Source: a virus
Strand: one strand, 5' to 3'
IMG/VR virus record: IMGVR_UViG_3300036828_000142
Span: 8,423-72,422 of that record
DNA: 64,000 nucleotides
In this document: positions 1-9,080 of the stretch, piece after piece
Numbering within the stretch: position 1 is the stretch's first letter
Layout: each line of letters starts with the position of its first letter
Made by a program: the position numbers and the translations under genes
Notes under the pieces: model-generated
Database searches by the model: none
What the model was told of the DNA's origin: nothing
Seen by the model: the letters and a program-made list of their open reading frames with translations, nothing else

Positions 1-242
1 CCCGCGCACCAACCGGACCGTCTACGAGGAGTTGGCGCACGACGGCCGGGTCGAACTGGACGCACCGCTGCTGGCGCTGCCGGAGACAGTTGGGTGAACG
101 TCCGCTTCGAGCACCGCTCGATCTGGATTCGCGTCGGTCCGTGGCTCGGTCGGATAGCGTGGGGCCCAGGCTGGTTTGAGCACTCCAAGCACTGGAGCGG
201 CTGGCACCGCTGGAACGATCCGACAACGTGGGGAGACTGCTG

Positions 243-806
243 ATGAGCCAAACCGAAGCTCAAGCACGCGCCATCGAGTTCGCTGTCGAGAAGCGCGTGC
301 CGTTGCTCGCGCTCGACATCGACGGCACCGTCCGCCAAGGCAAGGACGACCCGCTCGGCCGGTTCGTGAACGGGCCGGAGGATGTCGTCGTGTTCCCCGA
401 GGCGGTCGAGCAGATGCGCCGGTGGAAACGCAACGGCGGCAGGATCATCGGCGTGAGCAACCAGGGCGGGATCGCGCTCGGGCTCGTCACCTACGCGAAG
501 GTGCAGCAGGCGATGACCGAGACGTACAACCAGGCCGACAAGCTGTTCGACAAGCTCGCGTGGTGCAGCCATCACCCCAACGCTGAGAACCCCGAGATGG
601 CGTGGTGCTGGTGTCGCAAACCATCGCCAGGGCTGCTGATCGAAGCCGCGCTCGACATCGCCCACCGCTACGACGAGATGTACCCGCCGCACCTCGGCCT
701 GTTCGTCGGTGACCGCTCCGAGGATGAGGAATGCGCGCGGCTGGCTGGGTTCCCGTTCATGTGGGCAGCCGACTGGCGGGCCCAGTCACACCGGTCCGAG
801 CTGTGA
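243..806 (+). CDS. HAD-IIIA phosphatase, GmhB/histidinol-phosphatase-like
   Basis: LDIDGT, VSNQGG, CSHHP...CWCRKPSPG, FVGD motifs. Confidence 0.85.
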   Translation: MSQTEAQARAIEFAVEKRVPLLALDIDGTVRQGKDDPLGRFVNGPEDVVVFPEAVEQMRRWKRNGGRIIGVSNQGGIALGLVTYAKVQQAMTETYNQADKLFDKLAWCSHHPNAENPEMAWCWCRKPSPGLLIEAALDIAHRYDEMYPPHLGLFVGDRSEDEECARLAGFPFMWAADWRAQSHRSEL

Positions 807-1825
807 CGATTGCACTCGTAATGATCGTCCGTGACGAAGCTGACACCATCGTTCGCTGCCTGGAGTCTGTGCGGGGGCTGGTGGACGGCTACGTGATCGT
901 TGACACCGGCTCAACCGATGACACCGAAGCGCTGATCGCAAGCTGCGGCATTCCCGGCGAGCTGCACGAACGCGAATGGGTGAACTTCGGTCACAACCGC
1001 ACCGAACTGATGCAACTCGCGCACGGCACGGCCGACTGGCTGCTGCTGCTCGACGCCGACCACACTGTTACGCACGACGGCCCACCCGAACTGAACCTCG
1101 CGGCTGACAGCTACATGCTCCGTCACGCCGACGAGCCCGAGTATTGGATCAAACGGCTCGTGACTGGTGACAAGCACTGGCATTTCGTGGGCGCGACACA
1201 CGAGTTCATCGCGACCGACGAGGCGGAGCGCCCGTCGCAACGCCTGGAGTCGATCACCGTTCACCACCACGGCGATGGTGGGCACCGGTCGGAGAAGTTC
1301 GAGCGCGACCTGGTGCTGCTCCGCGACGAGCATCAGCGCGAGCCCGAGAACGCCCGCACGGTGTTCTACCTCGCGAACACGCTCCGTGACCTTGGCCGCA
1401 ACGACGAGGCCGTTGACTTCTACCTCCAGCGTGCGCACATGGACGGGTGGGACGAGGAGGAATACTGTGCGATGTACGAGGCCGGGAAGCTGCGCGGGAA
1501 CATCGAACTGCTGCTGAGCGCGTGGAGTTTCCGCCCGACCCGCGCGGAGCCGCTGTACGAGATCGCGTGGCGGATGCGACGCCGCCGGTACTGGGCTGCT
1601 GCGTACATGGTCGCGGAGCGCTCCCAGCGCATCCCGATGACCCAGGACGCGCTGTTCGTCCACCGCTGGGTGTACGAGTGGGGTTGCGAGTTCGAGCTGT
1701 CGATTGCCGCGTGGCACGTCGGCGAGATCGAGCAGGCACGCGAGTCGTCCGACCGGCTGCTGGAGTGTCCGACGTTGCCGCCGAGCTACCGCGAGCAGGT
1801 GATCGAGAACCGGGAGTATCTGTGA
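803..1825 (+). CDS. Family 2 glycosyltransferase with TPR-like C-terminus
   Basis: IALVMIVRDE..CLES, IVDTGSTD, WVNFGHNR, LLLDAD, GATHE, FYLANT helical repeats; GTG overlaps upstream TGA. Confidence 0.85.
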   Translation: MTIALVMIVRDEADTIVRCLESVRGLVDGYVIVDTGSTDDTEALIASCGIPGELHEREWVNFGHNRTELMQLAHGTADWLLLLDADHTVTHDGPPELNLAADSYMLRHADEPEYWIKRLVTGDKHWHFVGATHEFIATDEAERPSQRLESITVHHHGDGGHRSEKFERDLVLLRDEHQREPENARTVFYLANTLRDLGRNDEAVDFYLQRAHMDGWDEEEYCAMYEAGKLRGNIELLLSAWSFRPTRAEPLYEIAWRMRRRRYWAAAYMVAERSQRIPMTQDALFVHRWVYEWGCEFELSIAAWHVGEIEQARESSDRLLECPTLPPSYREQVIENREYL

Positions 1826-2256
1826 GCGGCCCGCCGCCCGCCGATCTGATGGACTGGCCGAAGGCCGAGCTGGTTCGCGAGCTAGAGCGTCTGCGCGCTG
1901 TGATGCGCGAGCACTCCGAGCAACTGCACGATCCGGCGCGCAGCGGCGGCGACAGCGTCGGCGGCTCCCCGCACGGTCGGGGCGATTCGCTGCTGGACAC
2001 GCGCGGAGCGGTGCTGCTCGACTACAACGAGGTGATCCTGGTGGACACCAAGCAGGTCGATGTTCCGTCGATGGCGATGATTCTGGAGGGGCGCGTCAAC
2101 TACTCCGCGCAGCGCGTCAAGCAGATGTACCTGTTCGGCCCTGACGGCGCGGCGGGGATCGTGACGCAGTTGTTCGGACTCGCTGCGCGTGCTGGCGGGA
2201 GGTTCGCGGCAGAGTTCGCAACGTGCGTGGATCAGCGAAGCAAGGAGATGCCGTGA
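1822..2256 (+). CDS. Hypothetical phage protein
   Basis: GTGA overlaps at both ends. Confidence 0.65.
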   Translation: MSGPPPADLMDWPKAELVRELERLRAVMREHSEQLHDPARSGGDSVGGSPHGRGDSLLDTRGAVLLDYNEVILVDTKQVDVPSMAMILEGRVNYSAQRVKQMYLFGPDGAAGIVTQLFGLAARAGGRFAAEFATCVDQRSKEMP

Positions 2257-2693
2257 ACGACACGCAGATGACGCTGGCTGGCAACACCGACGCGCAGGTG
2301 TGGGCGACCGAGTTCCTGAAGGTCATAGTCGATCAGTCCGTGACGATTGACGAAGGGCTGATGCTCGGCTGGTTCGCGAACGCGATCATGTCCGGCTACG
2401 ACGAGGGTGTGCGCGCTGAGCGCAAACGCGGGTTCGATGACCGGGTTCGCGAGATCGCTTACCAGGCGGCTGGCGCGGGGGCGTGGGCGGTGATGCACGA
2501 AGCTCCGCACGTGGTGATGCCCGACCAGGCGGTCACCGAGGGCGTGGAAGCGATCCTCGCCGAGTTTGGTGTCAAGGGCCACAAGTCCGGCAGCTCGTGT
2601 TGCGGCGCGGAGATGCGACTGGAGACGGGCGACGACGGGATGGACTACGGCGTGTGCAGCGCCTGCGGGCGACCGGCGGACGGGAACGCATGA
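2253..2693 (+). CDS. Hypothetical protein with C-terminal Zn ribbon
   Basis: AGGAG SD, coupled start, SCCG...CSAC. Confidence 0.65.
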   Translation: MNDTQMTLAGNTDAQVWATEFLKVIVDQSVTIDEGLMLGWFANAIMSGYDEGVRAERKRGFDDRVREIAYQAAGAGAWAVMHEAPHVVMPDQAVTEGVEAILAEFGVKGHKSGSSCCGAEMRLETGDDGMDYGVCSACGRPADGNA

Positions 2694-2875
2694 GCACAGT
2701 TAGCGAGCGGCCCGTGCCGACATCGAAGGGCTGCTGGTACTTCATCACGATCACGGAGTGCGTCCTGTGTGGCTATGGGACGGAGGACCGGGAGCGGCGC
2801 ACTGACCCTCGTCCTGAGGATTGGAAGGATCGCCACAGGTATGTGCAGGATGCGTGCGGGTGGCATTTCGTATGA
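2690..2875 (+). CDS. Small Cys-containing hypothetical protein
   Basis: ATGA overlaps on both sides; CVLC. Confidence 0.55.
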   Translation: MSTVSERPVPTSKGCWYFITITECVLCGYGTEDRERRTDPRPEDWKDRHRYVQDACGWHFV

Positions 2876-3330
2876 GCGACTACGACAGCCGCCCGGAGAC
2901 GCGCGAGCACATCGCGAAGGTGCAGGAGCTGCTGGAGGAAGCCATCGGCGATCTGCGCTACCGCCTGGCGATGCACGACCTCTCGAAGCTGGAGGAGCCC
3001 GAGCTGGCGACCTTCAACGAGTACACCCCGAAGCTGGCCGACAGCACCTACGGCTCCGAGGAGTACCAGCGGTTCCTGGTTGGGATGGGCGAAGGGTTGA
3101 AGCACCACTACGCCGTCAACGACCATCACCCCGAGCACTTTGAGAACGGGATGCGCGACATGGATCTGATCCAGGTGTTGGAGATGCTCGCCGACTGGAA
3201 GGCAGCGACGCTCCGTCACAAGAACGGGAGCTTGCGACGCTCCATCGAGCAGAACGCCGAGCGGTTTGACTACGGCCCGGAGGTCCGGCTGTTGCTGTTC
3301 AACACCGCAAACCGGCTGGGATGGCTGTGA
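2872..3330 (+). CDS. DUF5662-like HD-superfamily protein
   Basis: H..KV, HDLSKL, HHY..NDHHPEHF, EMLADW. Confidence 0.7.
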   Translation: MSDYDSRPETREHIAKVQELLEEAIGDLRYRLAMHDLSKLEEPELATFNEYTPKLADSTYGSEEYQRFLVGMGEGLKHHYAVNDHHPEHFENGMRDMDLIQVLEMLADWKAATLRHKNGSLRRSIEQNAERFDYGPEVRLLLFNTANRLGWL

Positions 3331-3464
3331 GCTGGCTGCCGTCGATTGCGCTGCTGCTGATGGGCGCGGCCGTGTCGCAGGACATCGAGCTGCACCTGAC
3401 CGCCGGGACGATTCTGGTGGTCGTGGCGCTGCTGCTGATCGCGGTCGGGAAGCGAAGCGCATGA
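3327..3464 (+). CDS. Small two-TM membrane protein
   Basis: Hand-translated VSWLPSIALLLMGAA...TILVVVALLLIAVGKRSA; coupled to both neighbours. Confidence 0.55.
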   Translation: MSWLPSIALLLMGAAVSQDIELHLTAGTILVVVALLLIAVGKRSA

Positions 3465-3748
3465 TCTGCTCGGATTGCGACGGCACGGGCGTGAGTCACG
3501 ACCCCGAGTGGCTGGACGACCCGCCGGTCGATACGTGCGCGACGTGCGGCGGCTCAGGAGTCGTATGCCGACCAGGCCAGCCGGTTCACGACCTCACGCG
3601 ATACCCCGACGGTGTCGCGGTCTGCACCGTTTGCAAGAAAGTGGTCGAGTTCCCAGGGCGCGAAGGTGAGCCGCCGTCGGGGACATGGGCTCGGTGGAAA
3701 GAGGCTGTACGGATGGCCCATCGACAGCCGCTTCGGGGCAGCGGATGA
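3461..3748 (+). CDS. DnaJ-type CxxCxGxG Zn-finger protein
   Basis: CSDCDGTG...CATCGGSG, CTVC. Confidence 0.6.
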   Translation: MICSDCDGTGVSHDPEWLDDPPVDTCATCGGSGVVCRPGQPVHDLTRYPDGVAVCTVCKKVVEFPGREGEPPSGTWARWKEAVRMAHRQPLRGSG

Positions 3749-3960
3749 CCTTCACACAGGACCTCGCTCGCGAGCACGCGCTACGTCGCCTCGACGCTGT
3801 TGCCACTGCTTGCACCAGCCCGCCTGTTGTGATCGGCTCGATTCAGGAGTTCCGAGAGCGGTTCGGACCCTGCGACGACCGGAGCGCACGGCCGATGCCT
3901 CAGCACGGCTCGCGTTGGTACACCGAAAGCCAAGACGAGGAATGGTGGGGCGACGCCTGA
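3745..3960 (+). CDS. Hypothetical protein
   Basis: Translationally coupled ORF. Confidence 0.5.
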   Translation: MTFTQDLAREHALRRLDAVATACTSPPVVIGSIQEFRERFGPCDDRSARPMPQHGSRWYTESQDEEWWGDA

Positions 3961-4127
3961 TGGCCGGTTCGGGATTGCAGGTGCGGCTGCTGGCGTTCAT
4001 CGCTGCGCTGCTCGCTGACGCCGTGTTCGTTCGCCGCCAGCCGTGGCCCGTTGTCGTGGGCTGTGTCGCATACCTGCTGCTGATCCTGCTGCCGATGGCC
4101 CACGCGAGCCGAAGGCGCAACCGGTGA
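3960..4127 (+). CDS. Small membrane protein
   Basis: Two hydrophobic segments; coupled. Confidence 0.5.
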   Translation: MAGSGLQVRLLAFIAALLADAVFVRRQPWPVVVGCVAYLLLILLPMAHASRRRNR

Positions 4128-4969
4128 CCTTGGGACGCCAAGCCGAAGGAGGCGCGGATCGTGGAGAGGACGCTCCCAGCATGCAACGATCCGCGCCGCA
4201 TCTTGGGTGGCTGGTGTGCGGGCTCAACGGCCACGTTTGGGGCGAGTGGACGACCGCGTCAGCAGTTCCGACCAAAGCTCGCGAGTGCTCACGCTGCGGC
4301 AAGCGCGAGACGTTGTGGCTGAGCACCCACGGCGACCGGCGTGCCGAGGCTCGCGTCCCAGCCGTCGAGTTTGACCCCGACCGCCCGACCGTGATCCAAC
4401 GATCCTGGGCCGCGCTGTCGAGGGCGGCACGCTGGTTGGCGGGGTTGGTCGCGGCAGGCGCTCGGATCGTCGCAGGGTGGCTTACAGCAGCCCGCAGAGC
4501 CTCCCGGCCGCACTGGGAGTACGCGAAATACGTCGCCCGGCACAAGCGGTTCGTGTACGTCGCCGGTCGCCAGCTCAAAGCGCCGTGGTGGCGGCTCGTG
4601 ATCCACGACCGCTCGAAGCTGAGCCGCGCGGAGTGGGGGCCGTACGTTCGCATGTTCTACCGCCCCGACATCCCACGCCGCGAGAAGCAGGCGGCGTTTG
4701 ACAAGGCGTGGCTGCACCACCAGCATCACAACCCACACCACTGGCAGCACTGGCGGCTAGCCCAAGATGACGGCGAGCTGATCGTCCTGGAGATGCCGGA
4801 GAAGTTCGCTCGCGAGATGGTCGCGGACTGGTGCGGCGCGGGCCGCGCGATCACCGGCCGCTGGGACGCGCAGGGGTGGTATGCGTCCGGTGCTGGCGGC
4901 AAGATGGAGCTGCATCCCGCCACCCGCAAGCTGGTGGAACGACTACTGACCGAGGAGAGCCCACAATGA
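4124..4969 (+). CDS. Zn-ribbon plus DUF5662-like HD protein (second copy)
   Basis: CGLNGH..CSRC; HKRFV, IHDRSKL, AWLHHQHHNPHHWQHW, EMVADW. Confidence 0.7.
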   Translation: MTLGRQAEGGADRGEDAPSMQRSAPHLGWLVCGLNGHVWGEWTTASAVPTKARECSRCGKRETLWLSTHGDRRAEARVPAVEFDPDRPTVIQRSWAALSRAARWLAGLVAAGARIVAGWLTAARRASRPHWEYAKYVARHKRFVYVAGRQLKAPWWRLVIHDRSKLSRAEWGPYVRMFYRPDIPRREKQAAFDKAWLHHQHHNPHHWQHWRLAQDDGELIVLEMPEKFAREMVADWCGAGRAITGRWDAQGWYASGAGGKMELHPATRKLVERLLTEESPQ

Positions 4970-5382
4970 GTGCCAAGTGCGTGTTCGAGGACGAAGCCAT
5001 CTCGGTGGACAACGACTACCGCTGGGTGAAGGCCGCGTGGGAGAAGATCACCCGCAACGGAGCAGGCGGCACGCACGCGATCCGGCTGGCGGACCGAACC
5101 GCTGAGCGCTACGCCTGCCGCTGGTGCATCGACAAGCGCGCCGTGGCCCACGTGCAGCACACCGACGTGCCGAAGGACTGCCGCTGCATGTTCTGCGACG
5201 GCGCGATCACCATTGCGACCGACTACCGCGAGGTGTCCGGGTGGGAGCGTCTGTGGCGCGGCGGCGCTGGCGGTACGAACGGGCTGCGGCTGCGAGTCAC
5301 GTTGGGGCGCTACGCCTGCCATGAGTGCATCGACAAACAGGCGGACGGCGTGGCGGCGGAGCAGCAGGCGCTCGCGATATAG
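4966..5382 (+). CDS. Hypothetical protein with tandem duplicated Cys domain
   Basis: Two copies of C.F...AI....DYR...WE...GAGGT..(I/L)RL...RYAC..CIDK. Confidence 0.7.
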   Translation: MSAKCVFEDEAISVDNDYRWVKAAWEKITRNGAGGTHAIRLADRTAERYACRWCIDKRAVAHVQHTDVPKDCRCMFCDGAITIATDYREVSGWERLWRGGAGGTNGLRLRVTLGRYACHECIDKQADGVAAEQQALAI

Positions 5383-5436
5383 CGCCTAACGTGCGCTAAG
5401 CTGTCAGGAATCTGACGGCCCGAACGACCGAGGAGA
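5380..5436 (+). promoter_or_regulatory. Palindromic promoter element, -10 box and CGACCGAGGAG RBS
   Basis: TAGCGCCT-AAC-GTGCGCTA overlapping TAAGCT; GTCAG/CTGAC hairpin; CGACCGAGGAGA. Confidence 0.65.
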
Positions 5437-5439
5437 TAC

Positions 5440-5880
5440 ATGACCGTTCTGCAACTAGCTGATGGCGTGCGCTGGTACGTCGAGGCTCGCGAGTATCCGT
5501 CGGCGCTGATGGCCAAGCGCGCGTGGGAGCTTGCAGAGCGCAAGCTGACCCGCCGACCCGGCGACGAGGGCGTCGGCGTAACGCGCCTGGGCCCAAACCC
5601 CGAGTCGGGGGCGATCCCGTCCGGGATGCACCCACCGAAGCCTGCGGTGATCGTCGTGACTCGCTCAGAGCACATGCTGAAGCAGGCGCAGCGGCTGCTC
5701 GGCGGCGAGGCGTGGGAACCGGCGCATCTGCTGTTGGCTGCGCTGATCAGCCGTCGTGTTGAGATCGAGAAGATCGAGAAGCAGGGTGGTGGTCGTGTGA
5801 TCCTGCGGCGACCGGAGGGCAAGGGCGCGCGGATCTTCACGGACGGCAGCGTGGTCGAGCAGCCGCCGGGGCAAGGGTGA
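5440..5880 (+). CDS. Hypothetical protein
   Basis: Strong RBS, ATG start. Confidence 0.7.
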   Translation: MTVLQLADGVRWYVEAREYPSALMAKRAWELAERKLTRRPGDEGVGVTRLGPNPESGAIPSGMHPPKPAVIVVTRSEHMLKQAQRLLGGEAWEPAHLLLAALISRRVEIEKIEKQGGGRVILRRPEGKGARIFTDGSVVEQPPGQG

Positions 5881-6200
5881 AGCCGTGCGCGTCGTGCCCG
5901 TGGCGTGTTGACGCGCACTCGGACGCGATCCCAGGGTTCAATCTCGCGCTCGCCGAGGAACTGGACAGGACGCTTGGCGATCAGCTAGGAGCGCCGATGA
6001 TGGCGTGCCACGGCAGCCACCAAGACCGCGAGGTGATCTGCGTCGGCTGGCTGTGGCGCTACGGCTGGGACAACATCGGCGTGCGGCTGAAGCTGATGCG
6101 CGGCGACCTACGGCCCGAGGACCTCGAACCTGACGACAGCATCGAGCTGCACGCGACGTTCGAGGAGTTCATCGCGAAGCTCCGCGACGACGAGGGCTGA
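5877..6200 (+). CDS. DUF6283-like Cys-rich protein
   Basis: PCASCPWR...MACH...ICVGWL. Confidence 0.6.
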   Translation: MKPCASCPWRVDAHSDAIPGFNLALAEELDRTLGDQLGAPMMACHGSHQDREVICVGWLWRYGWDNIGVRLKLMRGDLRPEDLEPDDSIELHATFEEFIAKLRDDEG

Positions 6201-6257
6201 GCGCACGCCGCCCCACCAGTGTGATCAGCACTACAGGGTGGGGCGGCGCAGCACATC

Positions 6258-6848
6258 CTACGCTGGACGCCAGGTCACGTCACAGAGCCCGCCGCACCCG
6301 AGCGCATCCTTCAGATTGACGTTCAGATCGAACGTCCGACCGGCGACGTACGGCCCGTGGTCATCCATCGTCGCGGTCACGCATGTCGAACCGTTGCAGA
6401 TCACGATGCGCGCTCCGCACGGCAGGATCAACGACGCGAACTGATACCCCGACTGCGCCGGAGCGCCGCACGCGCCGGTGCCGGACAGGTCGTAGTAGCT
6501 CGCGAGCGCCGACTGCATCGCCGGAGCGGGAGCAGGCGCGGGATCTGCCGCTGGCTGGTTCGGGACGAAGTGGTGCGCCACGTGTGTGGCTGCCGGGTAG
6601 GCGACCGGTCCGATCATCCGGTGCAGCACGCTCGTGGACGTAAGCACCCGCTCGTCGGTCGGCGGTTCGTGGCAGGTGCGGTTCGCGCCCATCAGCTTGC
6701 AACCGGCGGCGCGGAGGCCGAGCTGCTGAACCACGTGCGCGTAGGCGTGGTAGTAGGCGTGCTTCTGGGTGTGTGAGAGGCGCGCGTTCGCGGCTCCAGG
6801 CACAGCGACGGCCAGCATGATGCTGGCCGCGAGAGTCAAGCGTTTCAT
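6258..6848 (-). CDS. Secreted RlpA-like double-psi beta-barrel (putative lytic transglycosylase)
   Basis: Signal peptide; ASYY..GACG, LPCG, DDHGPYVAGRTFDL; AGGAG SD. Confidence 0.8.
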   Translation of the reverse strand: MKRLTLAASIMLAVAVPGAANARLSHTQKHAYYHAYAHVVQQLGLRAAGCKLMGANRTCHEPPTDERVLTSTSVLHRMIGPVAYPAATHVAHHFVPNQPAADPAPAPAPAMQSALASYYDLSGTGACGAPAQSGYQFASLILPCGARIVICNGSTCVTATMDDHGPYVAGRTFDLNVNLKDALGCGGLCDVTWRPA

Positions 6849-6992
6849 TCGACTCCTGACGGTCTGAGGTCACTGATCAGCAGCCTGGGTGTAGGCCCTC
6901 TACTCGCTTACGTTCGAGGCACCCGAGCTACATGGCCGTGTGGTGCGGCTCCTTTCGTGTGGCTAAACGGCCGATAACGAAGCGCCGCACTC

Positions 6993-7040
6993 TATCACCA
7001 GTTGTGCGCTATGCTCCAAACCGATTCCGACCGGGAGGAG
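6993..7040 (+). promoter_or_regulatory. Divergent promoter region with half-palindrome GTGCGCTA, TATGCT and CGACCGGGAGGAG RBS
   Basis: Matches the repeated motif; the minus strand has TGaTAGAGT toward the RlpA-like gene. Confidence 0.55.
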
Positions 7041-7044
7041 AGAG

Positions 7045-7278
7045 ATGCCGCCGAAGCCGAAGCAGCGTGTCCATGCGACAGACGGCCAAGGCCGACCGAC
7101 TGACGTGACGTTCACCGGCGACTCTGCGTTGCAGTGCCCGGCGTGCCTCAGCGATCAGGTTGAGTCCATCGGCGCTGTTGGTTTCGTGCCGGTCGGCGAC
7201 TCGCTGAACCCGGATGCTCCGGTGCGCCGGATGCGCTGCCGGGCGTGCGGTGGGCGTTGGTGGAGGCCGGGGCTGTGA
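7045..7278 (+). CDS. Zn-ribbon protein
   Basis: CPAC...CRAC. Confidence 0.6.
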   Translation: MPPKPKQRVHATDGQGRPTDVTFTGDSALQCPACLSDQVESIGAVGFVPVGDSLNPDAPVRRMRCRACGGRWWRPGL

Positions 7279-7505
7279 TGGACGAGTCCAAGATCCCCGC
7301 GATCCACCGCTACCACCCGTGCATCTGGGCGTTCAAATGCCCAACGTGCCGAGCCCGTGTCGGTGAGCAGTGCGTCGGCGGCGAGACACACAAGCGGCGG
7401 ATCAACCTGGGTGACGGGCGACCGCCGAAGCCGATCAAGGGCGATGTCGGGTCCGTGCGTGACATTCCAGGCGGCGCGTTTGAGATGAACCGCAGGCGGC
7501 ACTGA
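7278..7505 (+). CDS. Small Zn-finger protein
   Basis: CPTC.A..GEQC...H..R. Confidence 0.55.
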   Translation: MDESKIPAIHRYHPCIWAFKCPTCRARVGEQCVGGETHKRRINLGDGRPPKPIKGDVGSVRDIPGGAFEMNRRRH

Positions 7506-7759
7506 TGACCCGCCGGTTCTACGCCAGCCACCGTCGAGCGTGGACGCCGCGCTTCTGGCCGAACGCTCTGCTAAGCACAGCGGTCGTGCTTAGCACCCTG
7601 ACGTTCGCGAGCCTGACGCCGCTCGAAGGGGTCGCGGCCGGGTTCGGCGTCGGGGTCGTGTTCGGTGTGGGACGCTGGGAGCTGTGGAAGTGGATGCACC
7701 CCGTGATCGAGCCCGCCGAGTACATCTCCGATCTGCGCCGCAACGCGCACCTGAACTGA
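7505..7759 (+). CDS. Small membrane protein
   Basis: Two hydrophobic segments; TGATG coupling. Confidence 0.55.
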   Translation: MTRRFYASHRRAWTPRFWPNALLSTAVVLSTLTFASLTPLEGVAAGFGVGVVFGVGRWELWKWMHPVIEPAEYISDLRRNAHLN

Positions 7760-8037
7760 TGCCTCAACCGCCAGCGATGAGAGCGGCTGAGCGCGTGATT
7801 GCCGACTTGACCGCCGAGAACGAGCGGCTGAAAACAGAGGCCGTATGGCTGAACCAGTTCGTGCGCTGGGTTGCGGGCCACAAGTTGATCGACGGCGTGT
7901 ACGCCGACGACGAGCACCCGTACGAGGAATGGGTCACGCCGGACGGTGACGAGGAGGACTTCAACAACACGCACGACCGCGCGGTGGAGTTGTTGAGATT
8001 GCTTGAGGTATCGGCCCGTCAGCAGAGCAGTGAGTGA
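7759..8037 (+). CDS. Hypothetical protein
   Basis: TGATG coupling. Confidence 0.55.
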   Translation: MPQPPAMRAAERVIADLTAENERLKTEAVWLNQFVRWVAGHKLIDGVYADDEHPYEEWVTPDGDEEDFNNTHDRAVELLRLLEVSARQQSSE

Positions 8038-8495
8038 TGGCGTTTAGACAGACCGGCATCTGCGTGGAGTGTGGTAACGAGCGCCGGATCAAGGCTCGTG
8101 GTCTGTGCGGTGCCTGCTACAACCGCGACTGGGCTAGGGACCACAAGGACGAGTACCAAGCCAGCAACCGGCGCTGGAAGGCTGCGAACTACGACAAGGT
8201 GCTGGAGGAGCGGCAGCAGCGGATACGCGACCCAGCGAAGCGCAGGGCACATGTGGCGGTGCAGCACGCCATTGAGGAGGGTCGCTTACAGCGCCAGTCG
8301 TGCAGGATCTGCGGGGCCGAACTAGCCGAGGCGCACCACGCCGACTACTCCAAGCCACTTGAAGTAGATTGGCTCTGCCCTCTGTGCCACGTAGCTGAGC
8401 ACGTTCGCTTACGAGATGTTGCCCGGTCAGCAGGGCAACGGACGGATGGGAACCGTCTAGGCGGGGTTAGGGTGATGAACCGAGATGAAGGCTGA
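8034..8495 (+). CDS. HNH-type endonuclease-like protein
   Basis: CVEC..ARGLCGACY; CRICG..AEAHHADYSKPLEVDWLCPLCH. Confidence 0.7.
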   Translation: MMAFRQTGICVECGNERRIKARGLCGACYNRDWARDHKDEYQASNRRWKAANYDKVLEERQQRIRDPAKRRAHVAVQHAIEEGRLQRQSCRICGAELAEAHHADYSKPLEVDWLCPLCHVAEHVRLRDVARSAGQRTDGNRLGGVRVMNRDEG

Positions 8496-8796
8496 CCGCT
8501 CTCCCGGCGAAGCCCGCCCCGCTGCTACCGCTGACGACACTGTGGTCTTCCGGATGCCGGAGATGGATGCCACGCTGTCCGACGTGCCGCCGAGACAGCC
8601 GCGCCGCCTGGGTAGACGCGCCAGTCGCAGGCGTTGGGAAGGGTTCAGCAGCGTCGAGGTGTACTGCCTGCTCGACATCCTCAAGGAGCTGGATCGTCGC
8701 CACCAGTTCGCTCGTGGGATCGAGCCCGAGCGGTCGCTGATGGCGGAGCTTGAACGCGAATGCCGACGGCGTGGGATCGTCGGCGAGGATGAGTAG
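8485..8796 (+). CDS. Hypothetical protein
   Basis: ORF track; operon context. Confidence 0.5.
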   Translation: MKADRSPGEARPAATADDTVVFRMPEMDATLSDVPPRQPRRLGRRASRRRWEGFSSVEVYCLLDILKELDRRHQFARGIEPERSLMAELERECRRRGIVGEDE

Positions 8797-8798
8797 CT

Positions 8799-9080
8799 GT
8801 GAGCGAGTCGCTGACGGTCACGCACTGGCGCGAACGCGCGCAACGCGCCGAGGCGCAGCTAACCCGGCAGAAGGAAGACTCGTTCCGGGTGCTCGTCAGC
8901 CAGCGAATCGAGCTTGAGGCCGAGATCCCGTTGACGGACGCGGAACGCCGGGCTGTGCTGCACGCCATCGACCGGATGCTGTGGCTGCATGCGCGCGATC
9001 CCGAGCGCGACGTGCTTGAGGCCGGTCGCAGAAAGATCGCCGAGCCGAACACGCTCAGGAAGTTCGTCAATGGCCGATGA
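8799..9080 (+). CDS. Hypothetical protein
   Basis: ORF track; operon context. Confidence 0.55.
   Translation: MSESLTVTHWRERAQRAEAQLTRQKEDSFRVLVSQRIELEAEIPLTDAERRAVLHAIDRMLWLHARDPERDVLEAGRRKIAEPNTLRKFVNGR

Noticed and set aside
6849-6990. c-di-AMP (ydaO) riboswitch before the RlpA-like gene
   Set aside because: The expected conserved segments were not recognisable; kept only as an unknown structured leader
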